DNA from: Eledone cirrhosa
Taxonomy: Eukaryota
Reading direction: 5' to 3'
Assembly: GCA_964016885.1 (NCBI GenBank)
Contig: OZ024753.1
Location: forward strand, 9,548,001-9,612,000
DNA: 64,000 nt
Positions 13,131-26,859 of the stretch are shown here, in pieces. How positions within the stretch are numbered: the stretch's first letter is position 1; every line of letters starts with the position of its first letter. A program made the translations under genes and the position numbers. The notes under the pieces were generated by a model that did not search any database, was not told where the DNA came from, and saw only the letters and a list, made by a program, of their open reading frames with translations.

Positions 13131-15658
13131 TGGCTTCAGTTGTTGTTCTTGCCTCAATTCTGATGAAGCAGAAGAGTCAGAATGTTTACTATAAACTCAG
13201 GTATCTAACTTATTTTCTATTAATTACACTTTGTGCACCTTTCCTTGATCATAGCTAACATAAAAGAATGTATTTTAATTACAGAATTAATTAACATCAA
13301 TTAGTGGGCAGTCATTTATTTATTTTTTGTTTCTATTTTTCTATGTGTGGTTATGTGTTTTTTTAGAGTAGGGTTTTTTAATCTTTTTTTTTAATTATTT
13401 TTAGTTGTTTTTTTTTAGTTTTTGGAGGTAAAGGAGGTTTGGCAGTTTCGCAAAGAATTTTCAATGAATTGAAATTTTAAAAAAATAATAAAAAAAAAAA
13501 TAAATAATAATAATTAAACAAACAAATAAATAAATAAAAACAGTAATTGGGAGAAGATGAAAACCAAAAGAAGATAAAAACAAATGCTTGCCATTGGGTT
13601 TCAGTCTGCTAATTGCAAAGTTTGACTAATAACACCGCCATGGGAGTGAGATTTTTTTGTGCATTCTTTATCTCTTTGCCTCTGTTTTAAATGATTTAGT
13701 CTGAGAAGGAAATACAATTGTCAGTGCTGCATAACCTTTTATTTTTCTTTCTACAGAGCTATAAAGTGGCTGAGTTGAAAAACAGGGTGGTTAAAAACAG
13801 AGGAAAAAAGACATGGTTCAGGTATTTCAGTGATTTCTATCCTATTACTGATGGCTCAATAAAGTGATGATATTCATTCATTTTAAATACTATGAATAAG
13901 GCCCAGGGATGGCTGTGAGGTTACAAAGTTCACTATACAACCTCACAGATTCAAGTTCAGTCCCACAGTCCCACAGTGCTGTGGTACCTTGGAAAAGTGT
14001 TTTCTTTTATAGTCTCTGGTTGACCAATAGCTTGAGAGTGAGATTTGAAAGATGGAACTTGTGTGGAAACCCATTGTGGGTGTGATTTCTACTTTATTGA
14101 TGATCTACATATGTCTAGCTCTCTCCCATCTCTCATCATAAGCCATGTGCTTTATTCCTTTCAGTCTCTCTCTCTTTCCCTCATAACATTTTTCTCTCTC
14201 TTTCTTCTTCTCTGACCACTCTTCCGTTCATTAAGAGGTTTTGTTAAACCCAACTCTTTACTATGATCATCATAGCAGCTGGCTATTTTACAGCTATTTC
14301 TGCATTTGAGATTCCTATAATTTTACAGAACATATATATATATATGGGGCACATGGCTTAGTGGTTAGAGCATTGGCCTAGCAATCGAAAGGTTGTGAGT
14401 TCAATTCTCAGACTGGGTGATGTGTTGTTTCCTTGAGCAAGACTCTTTATTTCACATTGCTCCAGTTTACTCAGCTGTAGAAATGAGATGATAGGGACTG
14501 GGGTCCTTATCATTCCACTACAAAGTGGTCGTGGAGGTGCCACAGCAAAAAAGCACCTAGCCCACACTGATTCTGGCTTGATTTCTACAGCTGGATGCCC
14601 TTCCTAACACCAACCTCATTTACAGTGTGGGCTGGGTGCTTTTTTTCCGTGGCGCCTACACAACCACTTTGCAGTGGAATGATAGGGATCCCAGTCCTAT
14701 CATCTCATTTCTACAGCTCAGTAAACTGGAGCAATGTGAAATAAAGTGTCTTGCTCAAGGAACAACACATCACCCGGTCTGAGAATTGAACTCGCAACCT
14801 TTCGATTGCAAGGCCAATGCTCTAACCACTAAGCCATGTGCCTATATATATATATATGTACGTATTGTATATTTAATAATATACTGTTTGTTTATTTTAA
14901 AACATTTTGAAGGTCTTTCACTATGAATTTAAGGTACCGACTAGAGTTACATACCTAGCTTCAGCAAAACCAAAGGGAAATAATCAACAATCGATCGTTT
15001 CTCACTGTTTACTGGTTATCAAGGTTATATGTCCCTTGTTTTTGCTGTGAGTTCTAGAAGCTGGATCATTATAGAATACCAATTATTTTTATGACCTGTT
15101 TAAACTCAACATACAGAGCAGTTGCTGGCCCAGCGACAATTAGAAACTTGTGTTGGTGCTCTGAAATAGCGATGTATATATGAATCTAAGTATTGTATAT
15201 TTAATAATATACTGTATGTTTATTTTAAAACATTTTGAAGGTGCAGCCAACTGGCCTGTCTCTCATAATGGTGCCATTCAGTTCCACACTATAAATGTGG
15301 TTGGTGTTAGGAAGGGTATCCAACTGTAAAAACCTTGGCCGAATTTACAGTCCTTACAGTCCTGTAAGAGCAAGGTATGGCATGGCCAATCCTGACATGT
15401 CTCTCAACGCAGACGACCTGTCTGACCCATGCAAGCATGGAAAAATGGACGTAAAACAGTGATGATGATATATATATAGGGATGTAAGTAAGCCTGCATG
15501 TATGTTTGTGTTTTCTTTTCCTATTAAGAAGTATCTTACCTTAGTTAAGACCACAAAAAAGAACAACAAAAACAAATGTGTTTATGTCCTGTAACTTAGC
15601 AGTTCAGCAAAAGAGGGATCGATAAAATAAGTAGTTGGGTTTATATGATCAACTAAAT

Positions 15659-15954
15659 CAGTCATGGGCAACCTGCAGCCCGTGAAGCTTTCTGAGTGGC
15701 TCGCCTATGTCACCTAAGTGAAATCTTTCTGATTTTTTTACCCTAACTTTTCAGTCGTAATTTATCTTTCTATCATTTTTACGATCAAGGAAAACAACGT
15801 GTACGAATTCTGAAGAAAGAAATCAAAACAGCCTGAGTTACCGCCCTTTGTTTTTAATGTGGGGACGAATGTAAATTAGCGCTTGCGACCTGCCTGATGA
15901 TGAGCCATATTTCATGCGGCTGCCCGCTTCTCTGAAAAAGGTTTCCCATGCCTA
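15659..15954. mobile_element. hAT-type MITE with 8-bp TSD
   Basis: TSD aactaaat at 15651-15658 and 15955-15962. Imperfect TIRs cagtcatgggcaacct / aggtttcccatgccta. Confidence 0.75.
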
Positions 15955-16489
15955 AACTAAATCAAGGTGGTACCCCAGCATGACCACAGTCTAATGAATG
16001 AAAGAATCTTTAAATGATGAAGATTATTTTATCATTTTATTTTCCTTTGTATTTCTCAAATATTATTTGTTTGTCTATAACTGCTTCTGTCTGTATAATT
16101 GTCATTTTTTTCTGTTATTTCTAACATCTTTGTGTTACTAAACTTTTTTGTGAAGGGGGGAATATCCATTGCTACTTCCATTGTAGCTAATATCTCATAC
16201 CACTACCACATTCGTGGCCATTTTATATCAGGACTAAATAATGCACACGTCTAGCATATAAAGAATATATGCATGGTTAAAAAAATGATGTTTAGACAGA
16301 TGAACAGTCTATTTCATCACAGGTAATGTGGTGGAAAAGCTTTATAAATACAAAAAAAATTTTTTAAATATACAAATATTTTTTTTCATCAATACTGAAA
16401 GAAAAATATCTTCTAAGCAGTGTTCTGTGAAATATGTCTGTTCACAACAGCAATAATAATAATAATAATAATAATAACAATAATAGTAA

Positions 16490-16864
16490 TAAAAGATGGT
16501 GCCTCATTGTAGATGTAGCCTGCCTCTTTGACACAAGAGTGCAAGAAAAGGAAGGGAAAATTAACCGATACCGGGACTTAAAGTGGGAGTTAAAAATGAT
16601 TTGGGACTGCCATGAGATCAAAGTCGTCCCGATTGTCATAGGAGCACTAGGTACTATCTCAAAGAGTTTCCAAGGATGGTTAAAGAACATTAGTCCAGCC
16701 CCCTTTTTTGGAATACTTCAAAAGGCATGATTGCTGGGAACAGCAAGAACCCAGCGATACGTTCTGAATATCTGAGGCTGGAGGTAGCAGCTTGATGTTT
16801 ATTTGAACAAACTTTCCAGTTAAATAACATCAATGACTGGGACTCAAAGAATGATAATAATAAT
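16490..16864 (+). mobile_element. R4/Dong-like 3' fragment, copy 2, flanked by (TAA)n
   Basis: Near-identical to ~211-575. TAA tracts on both sides. Confidence 0.85.
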
Positions 16865-17045
16865 GGTTTCTTATATAGGCACAAGGACAGCAATTTGGGG
16901 GGGAGAGGAAAGTTGATTAAATCGACCCCAGTACGTTACTGGTGCCTTATTTTATCGATCCTGTAAAGATGAAAGACAAAGTTAACTCAGACCGTAACTC
17001 TATGTTGCAAAGCATGGTGTCCGACTCCCTACCAATCCACCGCCC

Positions 17046-17078
<33 letters not shown>

Positions 17079-17372
17079 TGTTTCTACTTTAGGCACAAGG
17101 CCAGAAATTACCCAGTGCATTACTGGTACTTTATTTTATCGACCTCGTAAGGATGAAAGGCAAAGTCAATAATAATAATAATAATAATTGTTTCTACTTT
17201 AGGCACAAGGCCAGCAATTACCCAGTTCATTACTGGTACTTTATTTTATCGACCCCGTAAGGATGAAAGCCAAAGTCAACCTCGGTGGGATTTGAACTCA
17301 GATCGTAAAGAGACGTAACTATGCTGGAAAGCATGGCGTCCGACCCTCTACCGATACTGTCAATCCACCGCC
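16865..17372 (-). mobile_element. Three SINE family B copies interleaved with (TAA)n (other copies ~4125-4283+, 20785-20977+, 33955-34080+, 37219-37400-, 37977-38160-, 49597-49784-, 57660-57832-)
   Basis: Same module as 2430-3470. Confidence 0.8.
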
Positions 17373-17395
17373 TAATAATAATAATAATAATAATA

Positions 17396-17725
17396 AAGGA
17401 GGAAACTAGCCCACTTTGTAGGATATGTGGAGAGAGAGAGAGAGAGGAGACAGTGGCTCAAATAGTATCTGAGTGTAAACTCCTGGCACAGACTCATTAT
17501 AAAGGATGGAGGCAGGATATTATAAGAAAAGTGATCCACTAGCATTTGTGCAAACTAAATCATTTACCCCACGCTGAGAGGTGGTATGAACATAAGCCAG
17601 AATCGGTGATGGAAAACGACCGGATAAAGGTGTTATGGGATTTCAGAATACAAACTAATAAAGAATTAGAACACAATAGGCCTGACTTGGTGAGTTTTTG
17701 ACAAAAAAGAAGATTTTTGCTAGAT
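17396..17725 (+). mobile_element. R4/Dong-like internal fragment (zinc knuckle and start of RLE), copy 3
   Basis: SPLCRICGE..ETVAQIVSECK..HYKGWRQD..LWDFRIQ..RPDLV, with stops. Confidence 0.75.
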
Positions 17726-18386
17726 TATAGATGACGAGTGTAGAGATGTTGTGCTGAGAAGGACTCATCCAATACATACAAGCATGGAAAAACACATAAA
17801 AACAATGATGATGATTTAGTGTGACACAGTGTGTAACAAGGCGGACTCTTTGAATTATGGGTAAAACTAATTTTTTTTTCCAGCTGAGTGGACTGTAGCA
17901 ACATGAAATAAAGTGTTTTGTTCAAAAACAAAATGCACAGCCTGGAATCAAAGTCACAACCTGACAATCCTGTATCAAACACCCTATCCACTAAGCCACA
18001 TGCATTAATGATCATCATTGTTACATATTTTTTCTAAATAATAAACAAAGACTGTTTCAGTTATGGATGTTGAATGGTCCTTGCAGATGTATGTTAGTAT
18101 TAACCCTTTTATTACCATAATTCAATTTATTTTCAAAATAATCAAGAATTTGGAAGGATTTAGTGATATAATTTTCTCATTATTAAGTTGATGTTTGGAA
18201 TATAACTTAATGGTTCTTACATAAAATTATGACGAAGGTTTTGAGATAAATATAAACTCTTTAAAATAGTTTTCTATCATAGAAGTAGGACCAATTTCAG
18301 GTAGTTTGGTAACAAAAGGATTAATATCCAACAGGCATAGAACTGGATGAACAAGGATAGAATAGGAAGATAAGTATGGAACAGGA

Positions 18387-20128
18387 TAGTAGGGAGTTCT
18401 ATAGACAATAAGATAGTAACTAGTAGGGAGTTCTATAGACAATAAGATGGTAACTAGTAGGGAGTTCTATAGACAATAAGATGGCAACTAGTAGAGAGTT
18501 CTATAGACAATAAGATAGTAACTAGTAGGGAGTTCTATAGACAATAAGATGGCAACTAGTAGAGAGTTCTATAGACAATAAGATAGTAACTAGTAGGGAG
18601 TTCTATAGACAATAAGATAGTAACTAGTAGGGAGTTCTATAGACAATAAGATAGTAACTAGTAGGGAGTTCTATAGACAATAAGATGGTAACTAGTAGGG
18701 AGTTCTATAGACAATAAGATGGCAACTAGTAGAGAGTTCTATAAACAATAAGATAGTAACTAGTAGGGAGTTCTATAGACAATAAGATGGCAACTAGTAG
18801 AGAGTTCTATAGACAATAAGATAGTAACTAGTAGGGAGTTCTATAGACAATAAGATAGTAACTAGTAGGGAGTTCTATAGACAATAAGATGGCAACTAGT
18901 AGAGAGTTCTATAGACAATAAAATAGTAACTAGTAGGGAGTTCTATAGACAATAAGATAGTAACTAGTAGGGAGTTCTATAGACAATAAGATGGTAACTA
19001 GTAGGGAGTTCTATAGACAATAAGATGGCAACTAGTAGAGAGTTCTATAGACAATAAGATAGTAACTAGTAGGGAGTTCTATAGACAATAAGATGGCAAC
19101 TAGTAGAGAGTTCTATAGACAATAAGATAGTAACTAGTAGGGAGTTCTATAGACAATAAGATAGTAACTAGTAGGGAGTTCTATAGACAATAAGATGGCA
19201 ACTAGTAGAGAGTTCTATAGACAATAAGATAGTAACTAGTAGGGAGTTCTATAGACAATAAGATGGCAACTAGTAGGGAGTTCTATAGACAATAAGATAG
19301 TAACTAGTAGGGAGTTCTATAGACAATAAGATAGCAACTAGTAGGGAGTTCTATAGACAATAAGATAGTAACTAGTAGGGAGTTCTATAGACAATAAGAT
19401 GGCAACTAGTAGGGAGTTCTATAGACAATAAGATAGCAACTAGTAGGGAGTTCTATAGACAATAAGATAGTAACTAGTAGGGAGTTCTATAGACAATAAA
19501 ATGGCAACTAGTAGGGAGTTCTATAGTGAAATAAGATGGTAACTAGTAGGGAGTTCTATAGAGAAATAAGATGGTAACTAGTAGAGAGTTCTATAGACAA
19601 TAAGATAGTAACTAGTAGGGAGTTCTATAGACAATAAGATGGCAACTAGTAGGGAGTTCTATAGACAATAAGATAGTAACTAGTAGGGAGTTCTATAGAC
19701 AATAAGATGGCAACTAGTAGGGAGTTCTATAGACAATAAGATAGTAACTAGTAGGGAGTTCTATAGACAATAAAATGGCAACTAGTAGGGAGTTCTATAG
19801 AGAAATAAGATAGTAACTAGTAGGGAGTTCTATAGACAATAAGATGGCAACTCGTAGGGAGTTCTATAGAGAAATAAGATGGCAACTAGTAGGGAGTTCT
19901 ATAGAGAAATAAGATGGTAACTAGTAGGGAGTTCTATAGAGAAATAAGATGGTAACTAGTAGAGAGTTCTATAGACAATAAGATGGCAACTAGTAGGGAG
20001 TTCTATAGACAATAAGATGGCAACTAGTAGGGAGTTCTATAGACAATAAGATGGCAACTAGTAGGGAGTTCTATAGACAATAAGATGGCAACTAGTAGGG
20101 AGTTCTATAGACAATAAGATGGTAACTA
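18387..20128. repeat. 34-bp minisatellite (tagtagggagttctatagacaataagatRgYaac), ~51 copies
   Basis: Period 34 (18421, 18455, ...). No unique spacers. Confidence 0.95.
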
Positions 20129-20299
20129 GCTCTATATCCAACAGGCATAGAACTGGATGACAGAGGATAGAATGAAAGTGCCCATGACCATCCGGAGTAC
20201 ATAAGTAACCTATGTCTTACGCCGGGCTTTACTGCTAGTATATATATATATATATATACGATATTAAACAAATGGTAACTATATTTATAAAACCATATT

Positions 20300-20365
20300 T
20301 ATTTTGTTATATATATTTCAGGGATATCATATTAAAAATATGGTATGCCTTCCTCAGACAAAATA
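20300..20365 (-). ncRNA. Type I hammerhead ribozyme, family H1 (mirror arm)
   Basis: Reverse complement of 20472-20537. Core CTGAGGA/GAAA, stem I tattttgt/acaaaata. Confidence 0.75.
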
Positions 20366-20471
20366 CAATACATAAGCTGTTTTATAAATAATTTTTGACA
20401 TACCTTTTAAATAATGCAACTTCCATTTAAAAGGTATGTCAAAAATTATTTATAAAACAGCTTATGTATTG

Positions 20472-20537
20472 TATTTTGTCTGAGGAAGGCATACCATATT
20501 TTTAATATGATATCCCTGAAATATATATAACGAAATA
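20472..20537 (+). ncRNA. Type I hammerhead ribozyme, family H1
   Basis: tattttgt-CTGAGGA-aggcataccatatt/aatatgatatccct-GAAA-tatatATA-acgaaata. Confidence 0.75.
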
Positions 20538-20975
20538 AATATGGTTTTATAAATATAGTTTCCATTTGTTTAATATCGTAAACCTACTCCAGAAACTGTT
20601 GAGTGCTTTTATATCAGTTATAAAATATTTACTCGTTGTAACCCAACAATCTTAAATAAAACTTTTGCATATATATATATATATATATATTATTCAATTG
20701 AAGAAAGTTGGTTGAATAAAAATCTACTGACAAAATAAATAGGGATGTACAAATGAGACTGTCTTTCTTGTTTATTATTATTACGGCAGTGGATTGGCAG
20801 ATCGGTAGAGGGTCGGACGCCATGCTTTCCAGCATAGTTACGTCCCTTTACGATCTGAATTCAAATCCCGCCGAGGTTGACTTTGCCTTTCATCCTTACG
20901 GGGTCGATAAAATAAAGTACCAGTAATGCACTGGGTAAGTGCTGGTCTTGTGCCTAAAGTAGAAACAATTATTAT

Positions 20976-21017
<42 letters not shown>

Positions 21018-21227
21018 CATATACACACACGCTTATATATATAGGGGGGGGGGATCTTTCACTATCTTTCAATAATCCCTACCTTACAGTCTTCCCTCTC
21101 TCTTTCTATCACTCTCTCTCATCTGCTTTGTTTTCTCTTCATTTCTTATCTCTCTCTCTCAATTGCCCTCCATTCTTCTCTCTCTCTCTCTCAGCTTTCC
21201 CCCACTGCTCAGCTTTCCCCCACTGCC

Positions 21228-21264
<37 letters not shown>

Positions 21265-22964
21265 GTTCTCTTCTCTCTCCCTCTCAGTTTTCCTCCATTC
21301 CTATTCTCTCCCCCTCTCTCTCTCTCTCTTCTCCCCCTCTCTCTCATGCTCACCTTTCCTCCACTCCCCCTCCTCTCCCCCTCCCTCTCATGCTCACCTT
21401 TCCTCCATTTCCCCCTCCAGTATTGTTTGCTCTTGTTTATCCATACACCAAATCCTTTCAACCAACAATTCTACAAACAAACCAAATTGACTGACAGCAG
21501 CCAAGGAAAACTGCCAAAAGAGATGCTTTTATCATCATTAATTTTACCAGAACCTTCCTCCAGCTCCATGGAACTCACAGAGTTAATTACTTTATGAGAG
21601 AGAAAAGAACTCCATTTTTTTTCCTATCTTTTTTCTTTCTTTATTTATTTTTTTATATATTTTTATTTATTTTTATTCATTTATTAATTTATTTTTTGTT
21701 ATATCATTTCTCTTACTAAGTATGAAACTTTATGAAAAACAACAACAGTAACAACAACAGTAACAACAACAACAACAACAACAACAGTAACAACAACAGT
21801 AAAGTTAAACAGAAAATATTACAGATTCAGGTCTAAATATTTTTTTCTATTGAATACAAATAAAATTTTAAAAAATAAAAATTACTTTTAAACCACAAGA
21901 ACAAGACAAAGAATTCTCTTTTTAATAATAATTTCTATTTTTTTAATAGACTGGTAGTTTATTTTCTTTTTTATTTTATTTTTACTCATTCTAGAGAATA
22001 AAATCGTCTAAGATTTTATTTTATTTATTAATATATTATTTTTTTGCTTCTACTCATTTTTTTGTCTTCTACTAATTTTCATATCTACAAATGATGTATG
22101 TCCGACATTCTAAAGCCTCTGCCAATTGTGTCACCATCACCAATTAACATCTGCTGGCAAGAGTTGGACAAGTTGTTGAGTCGTTATTTAATCAGAACTA
22201 CTGACCTCTCAGACAAAGCCAAGGTCTATATTTCACATACATTTTATCCCGGCACTAGCACTAGGAAGGTTGTCACGTCTTTGACACAACTGAACAATCC
22301 TCTTGACCTTTCTTTGGCAAGTTTTCTACAGTTCGATGCTCTTCCTATCACCAATCATTTTACAGAGAATACTGGGTACATTTTATTGTCTCCAACACTA
22401 AAGAGGTCGTTGAGCCCTTGATGCAACTGAAGATTCCTTTGAGCCTTTTGTTAGCAAGGGTTCTACAGCTGGATGCTCTTCATATTGTGTAGATATGAAA
22501 ATGAATATAGATATTAAGATGAGCATGTAACTGTAGGTATATTGTATCTCTGAGTATCTCAGGAGGTAACTGAAGGGGTTAGTACCAGGAAGGACAACTC
22601 TGGTCATAAAAGAGACTACAGTTATGAAACCTGCAAGGTTAACCCATACTTTAGCAGGGAAGATGTCTTTAAAACACTTGCGTGAAGTGGGTTATTTAGA
22701 TTTTATTTTTTACTATCATAGGTGAGATTTTTTTTTTTAGCAAATTTGAATATTTGTATACTGTCAAAATTTATGCTACAAATGAGGTTATGATGTTAGG
22801 AAAAATAAATACTTATATATCATTGAAACAGTTTTATAAGGTTTCATTCAAGATTTTTCAAGCTATAAGTGTAAATTTTTCTATTTAAAAAAGATTTTTA
22901 TTTTTGTGAAATATTTTTACAAATTCAATGGACATGTGGTTAGAATGTCTGAGGAAAGGATCGC

Positions 22965-23270
22965 TGGACAGATTCTACAGGCAAAAACAAACCTGCAGAA
23001 GACCTAGAGATAGACCTTTGCTGGTCTTGATCGGGGATTCAGCCAGATCAATTGGAAACAGTTGCTTCTGTCAGTACCCACTGGAAGGAATACTTAAAGA
23101 CTCTGCCTCCCTACGAACCTCCCAGGAAGAAGAAGAAGAAGAAGAAGAAGAAGGCAAAGAAGAAGAAGAAGGCAAAGAAGAAGGCGAAGCAGGCGAAGAA
23201 GAAGGCGAAGAAGAAAAAGAAGGTGAAGAAGAAGAAGAAGAAGAAGAAGAAGAAGAAGAAGAAGAGGAGG
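22965..23270 (+). mobile_element. Decayed RTE-like LINE 3' end with (GAA)n tail (related copy ~32915-33140)
   Basis: GRRPR..WLDNIHELGWSCLGIQPAQLETVASD..WKECL in the 32.9 kb copy. Both copies end in GAA repeats. Confidence 0.55.
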
Positions 23271-23412
23271 GGGGGGGGGTCCTATGTAAATTACAGCAAT
23301 CGCAGACAGATAGACAGATAGACATATGTTGTGAGACAGACTAACAACAATTACTAATGAGAAAACATTAGGAGACAGACATACAAGAGTTACAACAACA
23401 ATAGATAGCGTC

Positions 23413-23449
<37 letters not shown>

Positions 23450-24659
23450 GCAGCAATAGCAACAACAACATTGAGTGTGATAACATCAACACTGAAAAAA
23501 CAACAACAGAAACAACACCTTTGACAACAACAACATCAGAAGCAATTACTGCAATAACAATAACAAGAACAGCAACAAGATGAACACCAACAAAAAGATC
23601 AACAATAACAACAACAACAAAAAGCAAGTGCAACAACAACAACAGCAGAAAAGTGGATGCAATAACAACTGTAACAACAACAACAGCAGAAAAGTAACAA
23701 CTGTAACAACAACAACAACACTAACATACCACACCCACCCACCCTCACTCACAGCAGGCTGGTTAATTAACAGTTGATGGTAAATCCACCTGATGTTCAT
23801 TAACTTATCAACAAACTAATTGAATCCAATCAAATCATTATTTAGCTAATTCTCCAACTCCACCTCCACACCACACACAACACACACCTTTTTAATTATT
23901 CTCCTTTTTTAATTAATTATTTTCTTATATTGCTTCGTTTAATTCCATGTAAAGTCTCGTTATTGATTCTTTTGCCCTTTGCTTCATTCAATTAAAGATT
24001 TTAGGGCAATAATTAAAGGAGATTTTTTTTTTGCTGATAGTTTTCTCTTTTTATTAGTATTATTTTTGTGATATGATTACAGTGATAGTCGCTTATTGTG
24101 ATCACCTTTGGCTGGAGATTTTAGATATCAACTGGCTGATAACAATAAGCAGAGAATATAACAATATTTCAAGCAAGTGTTTGAGATATATAATTTTGAT
24201 GAAACTATTCATGATTATTATGCATGGCTTAAATTGTGTCTTTGTGTGTAATATATATATATATCATCATCATCATCATCATCATCATTTTACGTCCGCA
24301 TTTCCCTGCTTGCAAGGGTGGGATGGGAACTGATTCTGGCTTGATTTCTACAGCTGGATGCCCTTCCTAACACCAACCTCATTTACAGTGAGTGCTGGGT
24401 GCTTTTTTGCCATGGCACCTCCACGACCACTTTGCAGTGGAATGATATGGACCCCAGTCCCTATCATCTCATTTCTACAGCTGAGTAAACTGGAGCAATG
24501 TGAAATAAAGTGCCTTGCTCAAGGAAACAACACATCACCAGGTCTGAGAATTGAACTCACAACTTTTCGATTGCAAGGCCAATGCTCTAACCACTAAGCC
24601 ATGTACCTCCATAAAAAGTAGGTTCCATTAGGTTCCAGCAATATATATATTAATATATG

Positions 24660-24690
<31 letters not shown>

Positions 24691-24822
24691 ATGTATGGAG
24701 CATTTGAACAAGACATAATCCGCTGAGTAGCCTGGGCTCAGTACGTGACAGACCGGTTAACCTATGAAGCATGGAAACTAGACATTAAATGATGATGATG
24801 TTGTATTTATATGTCTACATAC

Positions 24823-24855
<33 letters not shown>

Positions 24856-25209
24856 TATACATATATATATATAAACATATACATATATACATATACAAAT
24901 GTATGTGTCGGTGTATAAATATATATATATATATATATATATTTATATGGATACACACACACATACACACATACACACTCATCTTGCACTTAGCATTGTT
25001 AGAAAGTTGAAGAAAGTCTATGATGCATTTCTGATGTGGTTGCCAAGTTTCCTGTGCTAGGGCTCTCCCACACAGTTGTATAGTGTTGCTGTGGTGATAA
25101 TGCTATTTAGCAAGCCTCTCATCATTGATCTCAAAGCAAAAGTATCTAATTAGCTATCTGTGTAAGATGCCATCCATATACATGATAAGATCCTATGCAT
25201 GTGTACATA

Positions 25210-25231
25210 GGCACACACATATGTATGTGTG

Positions 25232-25285
<54 letters not shown>

Positions 25286-26035
25286 ATGTTTATATAATAT
25301 ATATCTATATATATTTCTATATTATATATATGCGTGTGTGTGTGTCTATGTGATTGTTTTATGTGTGTATGTGTGTATAAATGTATGTATATATATATAT
25401 GTGTGTGTCTGTGAGTGTGTCTATGTGAGTGTTATATATATATATATACACACACACATATATATATATATAAACACATATATATATACACACACACACA
25501 TATATATGTGTGTATATATATGTATATATATATATGAAATATATATGTAATGTTTATATAATATATATCTATATATATTTCTATATTATATATATGTGTG
25601 TGTGTGTCTATGTGATTGTTTTATGTGTGTATGTGTGTATAAATGTATGTATATATATATATATATATATGTGTCTGTGAGTGTGTCTATGTGAGTGTTA
25701 TATATATATATATACACACACACATATATATATATAAACACATATATATATACACACACACACATATATATATATAAACACATATATATATACACACACA
25801 CACATATATATGTGTGTATATATATGTATATATATATATGAAATATATATGTAATGTTTATATAATATATATCTATATATATTTCTATATTATATATATG
25901 TGTGTGTGTGTCTATGTGATTGTTTTATGTGTGTATGTGTGTATAAATGTATGTATATATATATGTCTGTGAGTGTGTGTCTATGTGAGTGTTATATATA
26001 TATATACACACACACATATATATATATATAAACAC

Positions 26036-26080
<45 letters not shown>

Positions 26081-26209
26081 CACACTCACACACACATATA
26101 TATATATATATATGCATATATATATATACACACACACACACACATATATATATACACACTCACACACATATATATATATATATATGCATATATATATATA
26201 TATATATAA

Positions 26210-26254
<45 letters not shown>

Positions 26255-26262
26255 TATATATA

Positions 26263-26301
<39 letters not shown>

Positions 26302-26309
26302 ACACACAC

Positions 26310-26361
<52 letters not shown>

Positions 26362-26430
26362 GCATATATATATAAACACACACACATATACATATATATA
26401 TATATATATAAACACACACACATACATATA
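25210..26430. repeat. Compound TA/CA microsatellite with a ~270-300 bp block triplicated (starts ~25282, 25547, 25851)
   Basis: The anchor tgtaatgtttatataatatatatctatatatatttctat occurs three times. Confidence 0.85.
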
Positions 26431-26859
26431 TATTTAAAGCAAGAGAGAAAAAAATAGAATAGAGAGCGAGAGAAACAAGCTTTCTTAATATTCCTCATGA
26501 GACAATGATGGGAAGAAATACCTGGCTCAGTTGCCTCAAGAATTACTTAATGAAGAAGGTCAGAATTTGCTCAAGAAACGGAATAATGTTATTAATTCAA
26601 AAAGAATTATGTTAAGTGCATCAAAGCTTTGGAGAGATGTAGACAGACAAGCCAATTTCTTTTCCCATCTTTCTATTATTTAGACATTTTTTTTTTTAGT
26701 TATACATATGACAATTGAAGGAGAACAAGAAGTACCCACAACCTTAGCAAGACTCCCTCTTCTTTGTGACTTTAGATTGATGCAGTTCCTTGATAAACTG
26801 AACAGAAGATCTAATCTAAATGTTCTTCCTACTTACTTCATTAGCAATATAAGCTTAGA

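Larger units (their letters stand above)
20257..20670. mobile_element. Non-autonomous hammerhead-bearing fold-back element (Penelope pLTR-like) between (TA)n tracts
   Basis: 156-bp inverted arms at 20257-20412 and 20425-20580 with 2 mismatches. Homologous to 42484-42830. Confidence 0.75.

Noticed and set aside
18387-20128. CRISPR-like array (34-bp repeats)
   Set aside because: The units are contiguous with no unique spacers, there are no cas genes, and the context is eukaryotic.
22928-23344. Glu-rich and Lys-rich ORFs
   Set aside because: They come from a LINE remnant plus its (GAA)n tail.
26500-26683. ~60-codon open frame [16 protein letters not shown]...
   Set aside because: No splice signals, start codon or recognisable homology.
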